From positions 16,864,001 to 16,928,000 of the forward strand of contig JBHGNT010000011.1 of NCBI GenBank assembly GCA_043228905.1: a DNA stretch of 64,000 nt, read 5' to 3'. The notes beneath the pieces are model-generated. The model saw only the letters and a program-made list of their open reading frames with translations, had not been told where the DNA came from and searched no databases. The position numbers and the translations under genes are program-made. Below are positions 36,942-49,198 of this stretch, in pieces. How positions within the stretch are numbered: the stretch's first letter is position 1; each line of letters begins with the position of its first letter. Source of the stretch: Azolla caroliniana (Eukaryota > Plantae > Polypodiophyta).

Positions 36942-37116
36942 ACTAATGGGATATTGAATGCAGTTGATGTGAAGGAAAGGATCGCTAGAGACACATGTGA
37001 AAGTGAGATCACTTATGAAGGATCGGATAGTCTAGGCAAGGCCTACCCGAGAAAGGGATCAAAGTTGTGTATATTTTAACTAATGGAGTATATTCTTTTT
37101 TGGAAAAAAAGAAAAG
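36942..37116 (+). mobile_element. Short non-LTR retroposon (LINE 3' end or SINE-like)
   Basis: Ends AACTAATGGAGTATATTCTTTTTTGGAAAAAAAG. Flanked by AAAAACTTTCAAA direct repeats at 36929 and 37117. Confidence 0.65.
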
Positions 37117-39119
37117 AAAAACTTTCAAACGGTTAATGGTCATGGTTGGGGTTGTTAGAGTTTCTAGTTTTTGAGACAATTGATTGGCTCATTTAGAGAC
37201 CAATGATTCACTGTAGATTAGCACTTTATATCACACACATCCAATGTAAGAGTAAAAAATCCCTCAACTTTTCCTTTTTACATATAAGAAAGTTCAATAT
37301 TATAATTCAACTTTCCTTGAACTAGTTCACTCTCCACTATCAAATTGATCATTAGACATATTTTGTTTAGTTGCTTGAGCACACGTTGTGATTAATCACC
37401 TCATTGCTATGGTTAGGTCATTTAATTGTGCTATTAACCCAATAATTATTTCGTTTAGTTCATATCTAATTAAATATTGTATAATATCTAAGTTAAACAT
37501 TTAATGTTTAAATGCTTTTCCTTTTGTTATTATTAGGGGTATAATGTACTCACAGTTTTAAAACAAAAATGGTGTAGCTGATATTATTCTTACCGAAAGC
37601 CTTACGTAATGGTTTCAGGGAATGAAAATATATCTTTCCATATATCAAAGATGTGTTCGACATTAAAGGTTACTATTGTTGTATGTAAGCAATCAATGAG
37701 AAAATGAATTCAAATCCTCATGTAGGTGCCATGGTTACCAATTTACGAGTGAGCCTTGACCCTCACCCTCATTTTGTTGATGCTTGCCACTAAAGGTAAG
37801 AATTCATGCACAATTTTGATGCAGAACCACATAATATTCAACAATATAAAAGCCCTCTACATAACAACATTGTGATGCACAACAAGAACTAAAAGTTAAG
37901 AGGGCTCCCCTTGGATAAGCCTCACATTTGGCATTGGCACAATGGAGAGGCTTATAGTCCTACATCCCTATCTATATTGGGACATTAAAGTATTATAGAA
38001 GGTCAATGGAATATAACCTTCCCAAACGTCAAAGAGACCTTAAAACCTTCCCAAAAACCAGAGGCCATTTAAACTTTTTTGAAGTATCAAATATTTTAGA
38101 CCTTTGTAGAAACGTGAGATCTTTCTTTAATAGTAAGGACATGAAAGTATTCTAGAAGTTCAATGGAATATAATCTTTGTCTAAAGGCCATTTGAACTTT
38201 CTAGAGAATCCAATATTTTAGAACTTTTTAGAAACGCCCAAGATATTTCACCTCTCTATCATTCAATTTAAGTACGCGTCATTAGTCATTTACATGGATA
38301 TTTTTCATGAAACCTTGAAGCTTCATTTGTGTAGCTTGCATGCTAGTATATTCTCAACGTCGTGTTTCATACGAAAACAATATGCATATATTTTACCCAT
38401 GGATCCTTCACAATATTCTTAATTATCAATTGAGTTTTTTGGCGCTGTTGGTTCGGTGGTCTATCAAATACGTTGACTTCAAGAAAAATTGAGAGATATG
38501 ATCACGATTAATACCACGAATACATACAAATATGATGGAATGGACCACTATAGTACCATGTATGTAACTCATTAAATATACATATTCTTTTGTGTATAGC
38601 TAGCAAATATTAAGTCTTTGATCCTCAAATATTGTAGCTTGCGATTGCAAACTTGGGATTAATCACCATGGAGCTTTCAACTACCACTTGGCTTCTTGGA
38701 TCTGACAATTGGACCTTGATGTTACCAAATTAGTTCTTGAGTGCACTTCTAGTTGTATATGTGTTATCAAGTCCTCATAGATTTAAACAAATGAAGTGCC
38801 ATTGTTTGAGCCTTTAAAGAATCATGGAAATCTTGGAATTTGCATAGAGGATATCCCAAATTTGGAATATTAGATTCTACTTATTTTCCTTGGTAATGTG
38901 TCAATGTACACTACAGACTCATAAGAACCTTCAAGTTGCCGTATACTTTGTAAAAAGGTCTTCACGTTGTCATAGACTTTGAAAATGTTCAAGGCAACAC
39001 CCCGACTTCTAATATGTTGAGGTTTTTTGGGGGAGTGAGATGCCGTGTCAAACTCTTATGGCCATTGGGCACAAGTAATTGTTTTATGCAATAAGACTTG
39101 AATATAAAGTACTTGTATT

Positions 39120-39209
39120 GAACTATCGTGTCCCTACTGGGATTTGTGTATAGCATTCTAAACTGTAAAATGTTATAACTAATGGAAGGAGTTTTTTTGG
39201 GGAAGAAAA
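39120..39209 (+). mobile_element. 90-bp LINE 3'-end insertion
   Basis: Perfect 14-bp TSD AAAGTACTTGTATT at 39106-39119 and 39210-39223. AACTAATGG...T-tract...A tail. Confidence 0.75.
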
Positions 39210-40310
39210 AAAGTACTTGTATTTATATTAGTAGATTAAATATACCAGTTTGTAGTTCTATGTTACTGTTTTATCGGGTGTTTGCTTCTATGTAATATCC
39301 AACATCAACCCTTAAAATTTTCCTTCTACAAGGCATGATGAAGTTAGAACCTTCTCGTAAAATTATATGGTCTTAAGTTCACTCAATTTTTATGATTGAA
39401 CACAATATATCCAACATTAAACTCTTCCTTTTACACGACATGAGGTAGTTAGAACATAGAACAGGATCTCTACAGACAAGTGGCCGATGATGTCTCGGCA
39501 CAACATATACCAGACACTTTCCTGTCCAGTTTATGAGAGCCTCTCTGAACGACTCTCGCACTTACAAATTTCGCCAACCATACTATCGAACAAGTCATAG
39601 CGCGGGTTCTTGCCCTCGATCGGACCCAGCACGACGTGGCCTTCTCGATGACATCCTTACAAAACGCTCTTCCCCAAGAGGACAATCGCTTTCGCCAAGC
39701 TCTCCAATGCACGACGTGTTCAGGATCAGGGCACTTGGCCCTCGAATGTCCCCACCGACCACAATGTCCGATCTATTAGTCTCGAGCTCACACTGTCGAG
39801 CAGTGCGAATATAATATGCTGAACTGCACAACGGCGGCACCGGTCCGCCAGATCGAGCCACGAAATACATACTCTCGACAGGACGAGCGATATGTCTACC
39901 GAGACCAGGATAACGACCGACCGCGATCCCTGGATTGACGGCGCCGAGACGACAACTACCGACGTGATGACCGCCGTGATCACTATCGCGATGACCGGCA
40001 CGACGATTATGCTCGATATGATGACGATCGCGATGACCGATATGACCGACGGAACTCACACATTGATCGGCGAAACGGCAACCACAATACACGCAACAAT
40101 AGAAGACCTAACGACAACCGCCGACCAGCGCAACTCCAATGCACCTCGGAACAACCCACCACCAAACGAGACTGAGAATCAACAACAACAACTTCCACAC
40201 ACAAACTGAGCGGACACTAGCATCTCGGCCAACGTTACATGTTTTAAATGTAACCAACCAGGACACTACGCCACGCAATGTCCAACAACCGACCGTGGCA
40301 AGGCACCCGC

Positions 40311-40888
40311 TGTCGTGAAGAAAACCGTCCCTAGGCGCAAACCGTGTATAGTGTGTGTGAACCGGCCCTTACACGTGGGCACGTCCCTTGTCGTATAGTA
40401 GATAGGTAGGCACAAAGGTCAGATCCTAGGTAGCAATATTCTATAGGGAGAATCGAGGAGTATCTCTGTCCGAAAGGACAGAGAATTAATGTGATGTAAA
40501 CGGGCAAGGCGGCCTCCCTCCTTGAGCTATAAAAGGGGGGGGGGGGGGGGCGCGCTAGAAGGGGGGGGAGTGCTGTCGGACTGGGACCGAGCTCTTCTTC
40601 TCTGTCGTTCTCCATAGCTTTCTTTTGCGCAGGTTCTCAGGAGGCTGATTCTGCTCCGTGGAATGCCCGTGTGCTTCCGGCAGAATCTCCATCTTGCTCT
40701 CCTGTGTGCGTGGGTGACCAGGCGTCGGCATCCACCTCGCTGACCTGATCGGCTGTAACCGTTCGAGTCGTCTGCGTACTTACAAATACATGCCTATATT
40801 TACATACATACTCTAGTGTTCTCAACTGGTGTCTCCTGTGTTGTTGTGCCGCGTCCCCGTGCGCCTCTTTGTCTATACGTGAGTGAGC

Positions 40889-40935
<47 letters not shown>

Positions 40936-41005
40936 CACCTATTCCTCGGTCCAAGACCCCAGTGGTCCCGCCTTGTTCTCCACGCACGCGCGTAGCAACG
41001 TGACA
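40311..41005 (+). mobile_element. Solo LTR inserted in gypsy gag
   Basis: TGTCGTG...CGTGACA. TATAAAA at 40528. 4-bp TSD CCGC/CTGC; removing the insert and one TSD copy restores the frame GKAPAVNS. Confidence 0.88.
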
Positions 41006-44000
41006 CTGCGGTGAACAGTATCATGGCCGATGTTCAAACCGTCACTACCCGGAGTAAAGCGCAGACTACTCAGTGGCAAATCCAAGATGAAGTCCGTCAA
41101 GCAGCAAAAGAATGGATCGACACGGCCAATAAAAATAATGCCGTGCGCATGCAAACTACCATGAGAGACGGGCCAAGTGAAGCACCACAAACCTCGGTAC
41201 CATCCACGTCGTCGGAGGACGACTAGCTGTGTGATGTTCTTACCAACTCCCGCATCTCGTTGCCCCTACATAAACTGTTACCACTCATGCCGAGATTTCG
41301 GGACACCCTGGCGGCACTCCAGGCCAATACTAAGCCCGTGACGCCACCAGTACACCTCACCGAAGCAGGAACCGGTCCACCACTCATGGATTCTCAGAAC
41401 CCAACCGTGCAAATCATCATTAAGGGACAAGACCTGCACGGATGCATCATCGACGGCGGATCCGGCGTAAACGTTATTAGCGAGTCAACGTGTCACAACC
41501 TCGGCCTGAATCAATGGGAACCATGCCCCTTTTGGCTTCGGATGGCCGACACCCGCTCCGTTCGCCCCATTGGTTTAATCCGCCATCTCGACTTCACACT
41601 CAGAGGCCACATGTTCACGATCTCGGCCGTCGTGCTAAGACTGGAGACACAAGGCGCCTACCCAATGTTACTAGGTCGACCATGGTTGCGTACAGCGAAT
41701 ATCAAGCAACATTAGCAACGCAACATGATCTCGTTCCGAAGAGGCAAGACAAAAGTCTGAATCATCACTGAAGAACGAGTCCCTGTCGCCCTCAACACTT
41801 TGCCGTTATACACGGAAGGGGTCCATATGCTTGACGGTTTGGCCGATGAGGAGGTCGATGACTTCCTAGATGATCATCCCACGATCATCCCTCTCTTCGA
41901 AATCAATGCCTTACCAACCATCGAGCCACCTAAAGACGAGGAAGTCACGGAGGAATCACCACCCCAAGATGAACCAGATCCAACCACAGTTGCCGAGCTA
42001 CGCCATGCTCGGGAGGTTTTCGAAATGCGAACTCGCCATTTCACAACGAGTCAAAGAATCAACCCTGGAAACAATAAACCTCGGCTCGGACGAGAATCCC
42101 CGTACGTTACAAATTGCCAATAATCTACCAACCGGAGAACAGGCATGCCTCGTACGATTGCTCACCGACTACCAGGATGTTTTCGCTTGGTCTTACACCG
42201 ATATGAAGGGGCTGGATCCTCAATACTACCAACATCAAATTCACATCTTACCCGACACTCGGCCGGTTCAGCAGAGGCGCTACAGGATGAACCCCAACTA
42301 CGCCGCTAAAGTCAAAGAGGAAATCAACAAACTACTCCGAGTGGGATTCATTCGCCCTGTTAAACGGGCCACGTGGTTGAGCCCGATCGTAGTGGTCCCA
42401 AAGAAGAACGGAAAAATCCGCGTCTGCGTCGACTATCGGAAGCTTAACGCGGCAACAATCACCGACGGTTTCCCTCTCCCATTCACGGACAACGTCCTCG
42501 ACACGGTAGCCGGCCACGAATGCTACAGTTTCCTCGACGGGTTCAGCGGCTATAACCAGATAAGAATGCACCCGGAGGATCAGGAGAAAACCGCTTTCGT
42601 CATGGAATGGGGTGTTTTTGTAGCAGAAGTAATGATGTTCGGTCTAAAAACGACGCCGTATACGTTCCAGCGCATCATCACCGAAGTCTTTCATGACTAC
42701 ATCCCGACGTTAATGCAAGTCTTTCTCGACGATTTCGCCGTGTATGACCATCGACGGGAACACATGACCCAGTTACGACTCTGCCTGGACCGATGTTGCC
42801 AAGCTCGATTGAGCTTAAACCCGGCGAAATGCGCGTTCTTAGTCACCAACGACAACCTTCTTGGCCACATTGTCAGTCAAGAAGGCATCGCTATGGACCC
42901 GCATAAAGTAAAGGCAATCCTGACTGCCACCGCACCCTCGAATGCTAAGGCACTAAGCCGATTTTTGGGACAGATCCGGTGGCACAACCGAATGATACGA
43001 CACCTGGCCGATTTCGTGACACCTTTACACGCGGCAGTCCATCGCCTTCCCTTCCAATGGACGTCAATCGAGGACACGGCCTATCAGACCCTGAAACTAA
43101 TGCTGTCACATGCCCTGGTGGTCCAGTCTCCGGTTTGGTCCGAACCGTTTCATGTCTTCGTAGATGCTTCGGACATCGCCATCGGAAGTGCCCTGATGCA
43201 ATGCACACCCCCGAATTGGTATAGGCCCGTGTACTACGCCAGCCGACGGCTCTCGACCGCGGAAAAGAATTACTCCACCACCGAGCGGGAGGCCCTCGGT
43301 ATGATTTATAGCATCAATAAATTCCGGCATTACCTCTTGGGCCGGAAATTTACCTTTCACGTGGATCACTCGGCCCTTCTTTATTTGGTCAATAAACAAG
43401 CCCTCACCGGACGGTTGGCTTGGTGGATGCTCCTACTCCAAGAGTTTGATTTCCAGATTCAGCATCGACCCGGGGTACAACATGCCGTCGCCGACTACTT
43501 GAGCCGTCTTGAGTCAGGGGAATCGGCGAAAACAACGTACAACGAGCTACCGGACGCCAATCTATTTAACCTGACCATGATACCAGACGATAACTAAGAT
43601 GAATGGATCACGGAGATGACCCATTTTCTCACTACCGGTTTACCTCCCGAGCACATGCCCCTTGACACGAGAAAACGCCTAGTAGTGCGTAGCCGGAATT
43701 TTTGCCTCGTCTTGGACATTCTCTACCACAAAGGCTCGGACGGCATATGGCGTCGAGTGATTCGGCAATTCGAGAAGAACGCCGTTCTTCAGGAGGCCCA
43801 CCAAGGAGTAGCTGGGGAGCACTACGCTGGGGATTCCACGACAAGGAAAGTTTGGCAAAGTGGATTATGGTGGCCGACAACGAAGAGAGACACTCACGAG
43901 TTTTGCCGGCAGTGCGATTTGTGCCAAGGACTGGGGCAACCAATGGAACAGTCACGTATGCCACACCAGCCGATTCTTCCGTTGGACCCATTTCAAAAAT

Positions 44001-44389
44001 GGGGTTGGATTTTGTAGGCCCTTTCAAACCACCCGCGGCCCGTACAGGGAATAGGCATATTATCGTTGCCACGGATTACTGCACCAAATGGGTCGAGGCT
44101 AAGGCACTCCGAGACAACACGGCGGCATCCACGGCTAAATTCGTGTACGAGCACCTCTGGTGCCGTTACGGATGCCCAATCGAGCTCGTTAGTGACCAAG
44201 GTGGGCACTTCATCAATCATATAATACGTGAGATTACACACCACTACGCGGTGGTGCACAAGAAAAGCACACCATACTACCTGCAGGCGAACGACTTGGC
44301 GGAATTGACCAATAAAATCCTCCAAACCATACTAAAGGAGATCGTCAATGAAAACAGGACCGATTGGGATGACAAACTCTAGAGCGCGC

Positions 44390-45105
44390 TGTCGTGAAGA
44401 TTTTCGTCCACAAGCGGAAACCCGAGCAACGAGAGCCAAAGAGCGATGTGAAACGTTGCACACGTACATAATGTATTTGTAATAGTAATAAGGGTAAAGT
44501 GTATGGTGCTAGAAATGCCCCATAGGATCCCTAAGGTATAAAGGTGATGTGGTCTTGTGCGCACATCCATGCGAGAGAGAGAGAGGTACTATGCGGTACA
44601 TAGGTGCCTAGTTGTTTGTGTGGAGGTGGGAGTTAAGGGGCCATCAATCTCACCCTCCCCAAATCAAGGCAAATATCCCCTTTGAATGGAAGAGGATATT
44701 TTAGTCTCACTTTTGTAAATGGTCTTCCCTCCTTGTGCTATAAAAGGAGAGGGAAGGCACCATTGTGGGGGTTGCCTATTTTGAGTGTGCGAGGTATACC
44801 ACATAGGTCGAGCGTTAGGGTTAGGGTTAGGGTTTCTTTATCTTTATCTTCATCTTCGTAGGTTAGGGTTTCGAGTAGTCGTTTGGTGCGGCCTATGCGG
44901 CCACCATTTTGTAATCGTTCATTTCGTTGTTACATCTTGTTGATCATCTTGTCTCCATCTTCCTCTTGTTCGATCTAATCTCTTGTTCATTCTTTTTCTT
45001 CTTGAGCAAAGCTTCAATTCCATGTCTGATTCCTTCTCCTCTACTCCTTAGTCCAAGACCCCCGTGGTCCCGCCCTTCTCCACGCACGCGCGTAGTAACG
45101 CGACA
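44390..45105 (+). mobile_element. Solo LTR inserted in gypsy integrase
   Basis: TGTCGTG...CGCGACA. TATAAAA at 44739. 4-bp TSD GCGC/ACGC; removing the insert and one TSD copy restores DDKL*SALWAYRT. Confidence 0.9.
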
Positions 45106-46151
45106 ACGCTGTGGGCGTATCGTACGACTTTCAAAACAAGCATCCAATCAACCCCCTTTCCAATGGCGTTCGGGTTAGAAGCCGTAATGCCCGTCGAGTT
45201 CCAAGTCCCAAGCCTCCGAGTTCAAATCAAAGCATGGCTCCCCGAGGCCCAATCCGAGCAATACCGGCTAGAACAACTCCTCGAACTCGGCGAAGATAGG
45301 ATAGAGAGTATGGCCTAGCTCGAACAACGCCAACGACAACGCAAGGTTTTCGTGGATCGACATCGAAACGGGCTGGAAAAGGAGCTCACCATTGGCAAAC
45401 CGGTTCTTCTTTTTCAAACACGACTTAGGTCTATGCCGGGAAAATTAAGATTTCGGTGGACCGGTCCATTCTGGATTATCGACGAGTTCAACGGGACGTT
45501 CCAGCTCAGCACACTCACCGGCGACACTGTCAAAAGTTGGGCCAATGGTTTCCGACTTCGACCATATCGAGGCACTACACCACCCAACCCGTTTCGGGAA
45601 ACCACCACAGAGGAGGCCACGTGTCCCCCTGAATAAGGACTCACCCACCTTCTTGAAATTAATAAAGTAGGTAGGATTAACCATAGTTTAGCCACTGATT
45701 AGCTACACCTACACCACCCACCTAGGCACCCACAAATTTAGGAGCACCCCTTGCCACCACTCATTTAGTACCTATTTAAGCACATGCAAAGCACTAGAAG
45801 CACCCCACTCACCTTCAGGACACGTGGTGCTAGTCACTTATTATGGCACCCATGACTCAGAATCTTCAGGATTCGCTTCAGGCACAAAACCCTAGGAGTA
45901 AGTTACTAAAACCGTTTCCAAAACGCAGCACAGACACAGAAGTTCATTATCGCTCCCAATCTCCATCACTCTCAAGCTCAGGAACCCCGTCTCGCTCTCA
46001 TCGCTCTAAACGCTCTTGCTCTCAAGCCCTCTTTCGCTCTCATAGCCCCTTTGCTGAACTTCCCCTTCCTGCTATTCCTCCTCTGTCACGCCCTCGCCTC
46101 ATCACTCTTCTTCACTCTTCCACACAGTCAAACCCCGTCTCCATCTCCACC

Positions 46152-49092
46152 ATGCCTCTTACCGCTTCAACAGAAACCCGCGCCTGGCTTCAGGAACGAG
46201 GAATGGGCGGTTACTTGAAGATCATCAATGCCCCCGCGCACCTAGATACCCAAGGAGTGGCTAAACGTATTTGTCCCGAAGCCATCACCAACAATGTGCT
46301 TCGGGCTGTTTTGGACCTGCAACGGGGAGGGGACCATGAGGTCGACATACCCCCGGCATCGAAGATGAAAGAGTACTTTGGTGAGTACTCAGCCTCAGGG
46401 AAGGCATATCGCACGTATGGCGGTCCCAACAAAGCTTTCGGGGAGATTGCTTATATATTGATGGAGTATGCGTTCGTGCATACCAACCCGACGAGCATGC
46501 CGCAGAACAAGGCAGCCATCATCATCAGCGCATATGAAGGAAACAGAGTCGATTGGGGAATCATCACAGGCAAAGGACTCTACGCCGCCTTAGCTTCATT
46601 CCAGTCCGGTAAGAAGATGTTGTCTGTTCTTACCCACTTTTTGATGGTTCTATACCCACCCTCTTCTCTTCCTTCCCCTCGCACAGTCACGTCCCCACCA
46701 CCACCACGAAGGCAGAGAGAGAAATTCGTTGCCATCAGCCACGAAGCATGGGAGGAGCCCACATCGCCTTCACCTCTTGCCGCCGACCAAAACCCCGCAT
46801 CTGCACCACCACCCACCCAACCCATACAAAAAAGGGCAGTTTCCGAGACCTACCAAGAATGGGAGGAGATAGCTACGGAGGACAACACGGCATATGATGT
46901 CACCATTCAACAGCCAACGTCGCGCCCCTCCGTAACTTCCCCAGGGCATAGCCCACGCCCCAACACACAACATGCAGCACCACCACGACCCCAGAAAAGG
47001 AAGCAGGCGGAGGAAACGACACTACCGGCCCCAGAACCCCAAACCCAGCCGAGCAAGAGAAGACGACTCAACCGCGAGTCCTTGGCAGAACAGAAAGAGC
47101 CACAACAAGAACAAGCCTTAGTTGTCAGAGAGAGCAACCTGGCCATCATCCCTGAGGGGGCATCGCTGAACCAGGGAAAGATCGAGCAGGGGCAGACAAC
47201 GCAGATCTCGGAGGATGTGCGCTCCTACGCCTCGGTACGACATTCAAGCTGGTCGACTTCCCCGCCAGAGCCCAAGTCGCGGCAACCGCTCGAATGGCGG
47301 AAGAACACGCCAAAACAACAATGATTCAACGCGCGCTATTAGGTGAAATCGAGCCCTAGGACGACAGGGCTTTACAAAAAGTAGGGAGAAAGAAGCAGGC
47401 AAAACAGGCCGCTCTCCTCATGGAGGTCCCCGAGTTGAACACGGCCCTTATCGAGGCATATAGGGACTTGGATCACATGACGCGGGCAGCCAAAGACATG
47501 GCCCGAAAGATAAAAATAACCCAAAAACAGGCTAAGGTGGCTACGGAATTATGGCACGCTGCGAAATAGAAACTGGCAGCCTGGGAGCAAAACCGGCCGG
47601 AACAACAACTCTTGAGCCTTCCGACCACGACCACCGAGGCCCTCCCAGCCCCTCCACGCATAACAATGATGGATGAAAGCACCGTCACAGATTCAATCCT
47701 GACGATTCAGGCCAGCACACAAACAGACTCGTTACAAATGGTCGATGCTTGCACAACAATCAAGGCGGCCGCACCCATGGAGAAGACCGAGATACCACCC
47801 CCTCGTCCACCCAAGGAGGTGGCAACCCAGACAGAACCCCCGCTCCGGGATTACCGAGCGGAGCTTAAAGAAGAACAACGGCGAACCGAGAGACACGAAC
47901 AACGACATCAGGAGGTGATGGCTCGCCTAAAAGAAGAAGCTTCCAAGCAGATGGCCAGATTAGAGCCCATGCCGACCAAAGGATACACGAGCAGAACGAA
48001 GCACTGGGCCGGGTACAAGCGCAAGCCGCGGGCAAAGAAGCCGAACTCAAAAGCAAGCTAGAGAAATACGCAACCACAGTGGCAAAGAAAGAGAAGGAGG
48101 TCCTAGACCTACAGGCCGCGCTCGACGATGCGAAAGACTGGAACCACCGGCAGGAGGAAAGAAATCGTCAACGGGAGGAGAGAATGATCGCGGAGAATGC
48201 CGAGCTGCAGAGTCAGCGTACGACCCTTAAAGAAATGGCTGACGAGTTTTTCATCAAATGCAAGCTACTTTCGGAGCAAAAAGACGAATTATCTGATTCC
48301 TACTTCGCCCTACAAGAAGAGAGAATCGTCGAACGGGAACAAGTCCGGGCCACGTGTCAAAAAGAATGGGAGAAAGCTACCGAAGAACTCACCAAGCATT
48401 ACGAGCAGTCTATCCAGCTTGTAACCGCGGATGCAAAGAACACTCAAGCCACCTATGAACTACTAGCAAAGAAGCTTCAGGCCGAGGTCAACGGCTTAAA
48501 ACAGGAATTAGCAGCCGTCTGAGCACAACCCGGCATGGATGAGACACGCATCAGAATACTAATCGAGAAACAATGCCAGCACCTCACCAAAAAGGTCGAG
48601 GAAACATTAAGTTGCGCAGGAGACGAATGGGCAGCCCAAGCTGCCGAATTGCATATTTTACGCGCTGACGCCGAGAACCGACGGAAGGAGGGCCGTGGCT
48701 TTTACAAAATGGACGAAGCCTGCATACAAAACCTGCGTGCAGATTTAACCGAGGATTACCAGTCCTTGGTAAAATCTCATACCGCGGCAATCGAGCAAAT
48801 ACTGGAGGACTTCAATGACGGTCATATGCTGTTTCGCCTGGAAGCAGAAGCCTTCGAACGAGAACGACTCGCATCGATCCCAACCAGCCCTCCAACGGCC
48901 ACAGAGCAGAAGGAAGAACCTTCGAGCGAGGGGATCACGGACACGGCACAGGAGGAACTTGCCCCGGCCAACAGACCTCCCATGGACGCCCACATGGTAC
49001 CAAATCCAGTCGAAGTAGAGGTCAGCGCCCTCGAACCCACACCCCCACCAGAAGATCGGCCGCACCTGAGGCAGACGCCCGAGAAGATATGA
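46152..49092 (+). pseudogene. Extra ORF downstream of gypsy pol (globular N-terminus, Pro-rich linker, basic NLS-like patches, long coiled coil), disrupted
   Basis: CCACCATG start. Consecutive ORF pieces 45843-47324, 47612-48061, 48079-48522 and 48535-49092 are separated by single stops or frameshifts and lie inside the element before the PPT. Confidence 0.75.
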
Positions 49093-49198
49093 CACCCCCG
49101 GACCAAACTCAACCCCCCGCACCGACAGTCCATCCAGACCACCCTGCCACCACCCCGGACCCCGAAAACATCCTCGACATCTTAAAAGAGGAATGAAA

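Larger units (their letters stand above)
39560..45636 (+). pseudogene. gag-pol: gypsy gag-pol (stops, frameshifts, two solo-LTR insertions)
   Basis: CFKCNQPGHYATQC; protease IIDGGSGVNVI; RT RVCVDYRKLN, FLDGFSGYNQI, FLDDF; RH VDASD...TTEREALG; integrase H..H..C..C, GLDFVGP, SDQG, WTGPF. Confidence 0.92.

Noticed and set aside
37960-38455. Possible 5' LTR and PBS (TGGCGCTGTTG at ~38440) for the gypsy element
   Set aside because: No similarity to the putative 3' LTR at 49199, and it is far more decayed and AT-rich. At most it is an unrelated old remnant.
39892-40209. Thr/Met-rich 105-aa ORF as a mucin-like gene
   Set aside because: It is an alternate frame of the Arg/Asp-rich Gag tract.
40311-45105. 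The two similar LTRs as the 5' and 3' LTRs of one element enclosing PR-RT-RH-INT
   Set aside because: Each has its own TSD, their interiors differ, no PBS or PPT adjoins them, and the gypsy frame continues across both.
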